Source: an uncultured delta proteobacterium (lineage in GTDB: Bacteria > Desulfobacterota > Desulfobacteria > Desulfobacterales > Desulfatirhabdiaceae). Taken from it: DNA of 64,000 bases. The DNA is taken from assembly GCA_963789395.1 (NCBI GenBank), contig CAWBKP010000005.1, positions 99,707 to 163,706 of the forward strand, given 5' to 3'. Position 1 is the stretch's first letter. Each line of letters begins with the position of its first letter. This document shows positions 57,916 through 64,000 of this stretch, piece after piece. The notes beneath the pieces were generated by a model. It saw only the letters and a list, made by a program, of their open reading frames with translations. It searched no databases and had not been told where the DNA came from. The position numbers and the translations under genes are program-made.

Positions 57916-59076
57916 GTGGATCCCAAAACAGCAGATGTCCTCATCATCGGCGCCGGCGTCATCGGTACCTCCATCGCCTTTCATCTCACCCGACATGGAA
58001 TCAAGCCGCTGCTGATCGAAAAGAGCGACCCGGCTGCCGGCAGTTCGGGGGCCTGCGACGGACTCGTGTTTCTTCAGTCCAAGAAACCCGGCCTGCACCT
58101 GAAGCTCGCCCTGGAAAGCCGCAGGCGTTTCGACGCTCTGGCAGATACCCTTGGGGAAAGCATCGAATTCAAGAACCCGGGAGGCATGTGCCTGATCGAA
58201 AGCGAGGCGGAGCTGACTGCCATGCGGCTTTTTGTGGCAGAGCAGTGCCGGAGCGGGCTCGAGGTGGAATTGATCGACGGTGGGGAGGCACGGCGACGTG
58301 AACCGTGTCTTTCGGAGAAGGTGATCGCAGCGACTTTTTCGGCGCTGGACTCCCAGGTGAACCCCTATGCCCTCACCTTCGCTTTTTTGCGTGCTGCAAA
58401 ATCTTCAGGGGCGCGGATTCTGACAGGAGAAGCGGTCAAGGGGATCGAAGTTGTCTCGGGTAAAACCGAAGGCGTCTTTACGGAAAATTGCCGGATCAGC
58501 GCACCTGTTGTCGTCAATGCGGCCGGAGCACTGGCAGCCGAAGTCGGCCGAATTGCGGGCCTGGAGGTTCCGATTACCCCCCGACGCGGCCAGATTCTGG
58601 TCACGAAGGCTTTGCCGCCGCTGCTCCGGCACTGCCTGATTTCCGCCCAATATGTGGCGGCCAAATTCAACCCCGAACTTGCCGCTGCGGGCGGCATGGG
58701 CTTTTCACTCGAGCAGGCCGATAGCGGAAACATCCTGATCGGCTCTACGCGCGAGTTTGCAGGCTTTGACCGCCGCACCACATTCGACGGCATCCGCATG
58801 ATCGCAAGCCGCATCGCTTCCGTGATTCCAGCCCTTGTGCACGTACCGGTGATCCGCACTTTCGGGGGGCTTCGACCCTACACGCCGGACGGCCTGCCGA
58901 TTCTGGGTAAGGTGGCCGGGCTGGAAGGGTTCATCATGGCGGCCGGACACGAGGGGGACGGCATCGCGCTTTCGGCCATCACCGGCGAACTCATCGCCGA
59001 TTTGATCGCCACGGGACGGACACAATTTCCCCTGGACGCTTTTTGCCTGGAGCGCTTTCAAAAAGGTGCGGCATGA
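57916..59076 (+). CDS. FAD-dependent amine/D-amino-acid oxidoreductase (DAO; HcnC/OoxB/SoxB-like)
   Basis: IIGAGVIG, VNAAG, RRGQ, GLRPYTPDGLP, GHEGDGI. Confidence 0.93.
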   Translation: MDPKTADVLIIGAGVIGTSIAFHLTRHGIKPLLIEKSDPAAGSSGACDGLVFLQSKKPGLHLKLALESRRRFDALADTLGESIEFKNPGGMCLIESEAELTAMRLFVAEQCRSGLEVELIDGGEARRREPCLSEKVIAATFSALDSQVNPYALTFAFLRAAKSSGARILTGEAVKGIEVVSGKTEGVFTENCRISAPVVVNAAGALAAEVGRIAGLEVPITPRRGQILVTKALPPLLRHCLISAQYVAAKFNPELAAAGGMGFSLEQADSGNILIGSTREFAGFDRRTTFDGIRMIASRIASVIPALVHVPVIRTFGGLRPYTPDGLPILGKVAGLEGFIMAAGHEGDGIALSAITGELIADLIATGRTQFPLDAFCLERFQKGAA

Positions 59077-59363
59077 GCGATCTGCGAATCAGGACCCACC
59101 GTCGAGGGAAGCAACTGACCCTGCGTGTCAACGGAAAACAGGTAACAGCCTATGCCGGTGAAACGCTTTTTGCAGTACTCATTGCAAACGGCATCCTGGC
59201 GCTTCGGCATCCAGTTGAAGGCCTGACAAAAACCGTCAGGGGCGGTTTTTGCGGCATGGGGGTCTGCCAGGAATGCCGGATGACCATCGATGGAATGCCC
59301 GATCGCCGGGCCTGCATGACAGAGGTTTGCATGGACATGGAAGTCGTCACCGATGGCCGCTAA
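59073..59363 (+). CDS. (2Fe-2S)-binding subunit (HcnA-like)
   Basis: GETL, CGMGVCQEC...RAC. Confidence 0.93.
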   Translation: MSDLRIRTHRRGKQLTLRVNGKQVTAYAGETLFAVLIANGILALRHPVEGLTKTVRGGFCGMGVCQECRMTIDGMPDRRACMTEVCMDMEVVTDGR

Positions 59364-60760
59364 GCGCGTGGATGTCGCCATTGTCGGCGGAGGCATCTCC
59401 GGGGCCGCCGCGGCCGATGTGCTGGGTCGCCGCGGTGTCAGCGTGCTGGTGCTGGATGACAACCTGCACCTGGGAGGACAGTACCTGCGCGGGGGAAGGC
59501 GATCGGGTAGTTCCCGGAGCGACGGCGTCAGGCGACAGGGACTGCGCCTGATCGAGCACCTGCCCCGATCTTCCGTTGAAATCGCAAGCCGCGCCGAAGT
59601 ACTCGGAATCGAGGCCGGTTTTGAACTTCTGGTTGCGCAGAAAAACGGCGGGCTTTCCACAGTGACGTGCGAACGCATCCTGCTGGCCACCGGCGCCCGC
59701 GAGCGGTTCATGCCTTTCGAGGGCTGGACCCTGCCCGGCATCCTGGCCACCGGCGCCGTCCAGATCCTCATCAAGCAGTCGGGGATACTCCCGGCAAGAG
59801 AGACACTGGTCGCCGGCGCCGGTCTTTTCCTGACCGCTGTGGCCCGCGACATCCAGAAGAGCGGTGGCCGCGTGCCGGCCCTTCTCATCGAGACGTCCTT
59901 TTTCAGGCAGATGCCTGCGCCTCGCCTTCTGGTCCGGCAGTTCACCAAGTTCGCTCTGGGCGGCGCCCTGCTCGGCAGGCTGCTGCTTTCCGGAACTGCC
60001 GTGCGCAGCACCACCCGCATCCTTGCGGCCCGGGGGGACAAGACCCTGCGCGAAGTTTTGGCCGCCCGCGTCGACAACAATGGCGCAATTGTCCCCGGCA
60101 GCGAAACCATCTACCGCACCGGCTGCCTTGCCCGCGGGATTCGGCTTCACCGCCAACGTCGAGCTGGCACAGCTCGCCGGCTGCGGGCTGTCGTTCAATT
60201 CCCAGCTGGGCGGCTGGGTCGTGACTGTGAACGGGCAATTTGAAACCGGCGTTGCGGGGATACATGCCGCCGGCGAAATCACAGCCGTCGGCGGGGCCGC
60301 CAAGTCCATGGCCGAAGGGCAGCTTGCCGGCTATGGGATCCTGCAGCAGATGGGCCTGCTGAAACCCGGTGAACTTTATGCGGAGATCTGCGCACTCAAT
60401 AAGATCCGTCAGCATCAGATGGCGTTTGCCCGCTATTTTAATTCTCAGTACACGTTCCCGCAGGAATATATGGCCTGCTGGATCCGCAGCCTGCCGGACG
60501 AGGTTCCCGTCTGTCGCTGCGAGGGGGTAAGCCTGGGCGACATACGCCGGGCAGTGGCCGAGGGATTCGACACGCCGGTTGGCGTGAAAAAAGCCACCCG
60601 CTGCGCCATGGGGATCTGCCAGGGCAGCACCTGCAAAACGATCCTGCTGGACGTGCTTTCAGCCCTCACCGGCAAGCCCCTTTCTCAAATTCCACTGCCA
60701 TCCGTACGCATGCCCGTAAAGCCAGTATATTTAGGCATTCTTGCAGGGTCCGGGCTGTGA
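59353..60760 (+). CDS. FAD/NAD(P) oxidoreductase with C-terminal BFD-like domain (HcnB/OoxA-like; frameshift near 60132)
   Basis: IVGGGISG, LATGARER, GWTLPG, AAGE, CRCE...MGICQG..C. Confidence 0.93.
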
Positions 60761-60799
60761 AGGCCAACCAATGAGTTTCTGCGGGGTAAGGAGTCCGGC

Positions 60800-61510
60800 A
60801 TGAAAAATTCGCGCGATATCGGAAAAAAGCCGCTCATCGGCATTCTCATGCTGGAAACCGCGTTTCAGAGGATAAAAGGCGACATCGGGAATCCGGACAC
60901 CTTCTCCTTCCCGGTCCTGTACCAAACGGTCAAGGGTGCCACGCCTCAAAAGGTTGTTGTGGACGCCGACACCGGGCTGATCAGGGATTTCATCGATGCC
61001 GGACTGGCTTTGGCCTCCCGGGATGTGAAAGCGATCACCACAAGTTGCGGATTCATGTCGCTGTTTCATCGGCAATTGCTGGAGGCACTTCCGGTGCCCG
61101 TTTTTACCTCAAGCCTGCTGCAGGTGCATCTGGCCCGGCAGGTGATCCGCAGTAATCAAAAAATCGGCATTATCACCGCACGCCGACAATCGCTGACCGA
61201 CGCGCATCTGGCCGGTGTGGGCATCAGTGATTACCCGCTGGCGATCGTCGGTATGGAAGATGCACCGGAGTTCAGCGCCGTATTTATCGGAGGGAAGCAA
61301 CCCCTTGATGAATCCGAATGCCGGCGGGAAATGCAGTCGGCCGCCGATCATTTAATGCTTGAGCATCCTGATGTCGGAGCCGTCGTTTTAGAGTGCACCA
61401 ACATGCCGCCCTATGCCGATACGGTCCGGCAGGCAACCGGCCTGCCCGTATTCGATGCAGTAACAATGGTCAATCATGCTCATAGTTTGTTTACGGCCGG
61501 ACATCTTTAA
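60800..61510 (+). CDS. Asp/Glu/hydantoin racemase family protein
   Basis: GDIGNP; two catalytic-Cys motifs TSCGF and LECTNM. Confidence 0.9.
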   Translation: MKNSRDIGKKPLIGILMLETAFQRIKGDIGNPDTFSFPVLYQTVKGATPQKVVVDADTGLIRDFIDAGLALASRDVKAITTSCGFMSLFHRQLLEALPVPVFTSSLLQVHLARQVIRSNQKIGIITARRQSLTDAHLAGVGISDYPLAIVGMEDAPEFSAVFIGGKQPLDESECRREMQSAADHLMLEHPDVGAVVLECTNMPPYADTVRQATGLPVFDAVTMVNHAHSLFTAGHL

Positions 61511-61640
61511 CCATAATAGGGTCAATAATCGCTCATACCAATATTGCTGTTATTTTTATGTTAAAGGTGGATTTGATCTCTCTAGGTGGATATCGGACCT
61601 TGCCCGTAGCATCCAGCCTCCAGCTGCATGGACTTTAAAA

Positions 61641-62950
61641 TTAAATCTCGATCGCCATATGCGCTTTTGATATTTTTTCAGCAATCTTGTGTAACATATT
61701 TACTCCCTGAAACAAAACATCTTCATCAAAATCAAATTTTTCATTATGATGTCCGCCGAATGTCGGGGACCCGATACAGATATAGGTTGACAATCCGCCG
61801 TTTTTTAAAACGGCGTTCATGATAAACGTCGCATCTTCGCTACCAGGCACCAGATAATTGTCGACAATGTCACCTGCCGCAATGCCCGCCTCAAGACACA
61901 CGTTTCTTACCAGTGCGATCAATTCGGCTGAATTAACTGCCGTTTCAGATTCCGCGACAAAACTGATTTCATGGTCAATACCGTACATGATGGATGCGCC
62001 ATGGATGATGTTCTGTGCCTGACGCCCTAAATAGTCGCAGATTTCGTCTGTTTCGCCTCTCAAATCCAGCTCGAATTGCGCTTTGTCGGAGATGATGTTT
62101 GATGCATTTTCCGATATAAACTCTCCGATATTTATTCGTGAGCACCCGCCGCTATGCCTTGAAATACCATATAAACCGGTCACCGCGCTGCAGGCTGCCG
62201 CCAAGGCATTGTTGCCTTTCTCGGGAGATGCACCCGCATGGGAGCTCCTTCCCTTGAACAGGACCCTGTATCGTTTATCCGCCAGGAATGAAACGCCGCA
62301 CACCACCTTTCTCTCGCCGATCAGACCGATGTGAACGGGAATAAAGTAATTCAACTCCTTTACAAAACTCAGTTTTGAAAATATTTTACCCCCGGAAATC
62401 AATTCTTCTGCCGGTTGGAACAGGATGTAATATGTTCCGTTTAATGCTTCCGCATTCTCCGATAATTTTATCACCAAACCGAGCCCTATGGCTATGTGTC
62501 CATCGTGGCCGCAGGCATGCATGTTTTTATTCGTGGAATGGAAGCCTTCCACAAGCGGAATATGGGATGCTTCGTTTGATTCTTCTATTATGGGAAGACC
62601 ATCCATATCAACTCTGAAACCGACATTCGGCCCTGGCTGTTTTCCCTTTATGACGGCTACAAGCCCCGTCCGGCCATTCAGTCTGGGGATCCATGCGTCC
62701 TCTTTATAGCGTTCTTTGGCGGATTCATATATTTCATTGTCCCATTTTTTCAACAATTCCGGTTCGGGAAAATCGTCATATAACGCCGCTCCATAAAATA
62801 GATCGCAATTTAAGCCACTGAGATATTCACAGATTCTGGCCGTTGTCCAGAATTCGGCAAATCCGATTTCGGGGTTTTGATGGAACATGCGCCTTAGCCT
62901 TTTTAATTCGGCCAAAACGTATCTTCCTTTGAAAGATATGAGTGCATCAT
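61641..62950 (-). CDS. M20 family amidohydrolase (AbgA-like; start approximate)
   Basis: FHQNPEIGFAE, RVDMDGL, MHACGHDGH, FQPAEE, GSEDA, GHHNEKFDFDE. Confidence 0.93.
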
Positions 62951-63029
62951 GTCCTTTTTTTATTCGGTTACATATTGTAGTGATTGATGTTTCCCGCAGT
63001 CTCAAAACAGCGCGCCGGTACGTTTGGAT

Positions 63030-63230
63030 TTACTGCTTTTCGGCCTGCTTCAGCTCTTCCATAATCCGGCACACCGCCACGGCATAATGATCCCGGTCTG
63101 GGAAGCGCTTTGAAAGACCAGGGACTTCATCGTACAGCACCTGGTCGATGGTGGAGTGGCTGCCATGGCGAAGCAGGGCTTTAGGGGCACGGACGGCGCC
63201 AGACGGCATGCGGGCGATCTCCCGGGCCAT
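63030..63230 (-). pseudogene. Possible C-terminal remnant of an enoyl-CoA hydratase
   Basis: MAREIARMPSGAVRAPKALLRHG...L..E resembles the crotonase C-terminal helices; no N-terminal part. Confidence 0.45.
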
Positions 63231-63343
63231 TTTCTTGATTTTAAGACAACGACAGCATTTCAAAAGCAGGCATTTTTACTTGGTTGTTTCATGTTATACA
63301 GTTTATATATGACATCAATCAAACATTTTCGGAGGGACACTTC

Positions 63344-64000
<657 letters not shown>

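Noticed and set aside
57916..60760. Hydrogen cyanide synthase hcnABC
   Set aside because: Same fold family, but gene order and the importer/racemase context favour catabolism; cannot assign hcn

Overview
Bacterial chromosomal window of moderate to high GC. Gene content suggests an anaerobic Desulfobacterota (Desulfobacterales-like) organism; this is an inference. Many genes, including essential ones (thrS, rnc, tsaD), are split by single-base indels, often in homopolymers. These look like long-read consensus errors, so split ORFs are merged below and their boundaries are approximate. About 1-29 kb is mostly core: lepA, leuCD, ferredoxin, ogt, tsaD, purM, alaC-hom-thrH, initiator tRNA, U32 hydroxylase, deaminase, csp, rnc, dksA, 2-hydroxyacyl-CoA dehydratase plus activase, elbB, a selenocysteine formate dehydrogenase and thrS. 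It also contains odd defence/ATPase-derived ORFs (BrxC C-terminal-like, HsdR_N-like, FtsK-tail-like). 29.4-37.7 kb is a pfaD-pfaA PUFA-synthase-like iterative PKS with no pfaBC next to it. 37.8-64 kb is accessory: SLC13 permease, a GNAT-deacetylase fusion and a lipocalin; a tightly coupled minus-strand operon (periplasmic binding protein, Cys-rich histidine kinase, REC-STAS, redoxin, GAF-TM-Cys-less rhodanese, MauE/DoxX, lipoprotein, GNAT), which is the best candidate for an uncharacterised system; a deletion scar, a hybrid kinase and a MITE-like element; and a TAXI-TRAP/flavin amine-dehydrogenase/racemase catabolic cluster. No CRISPR array, rRNA, integrase or intact transposase was seen.
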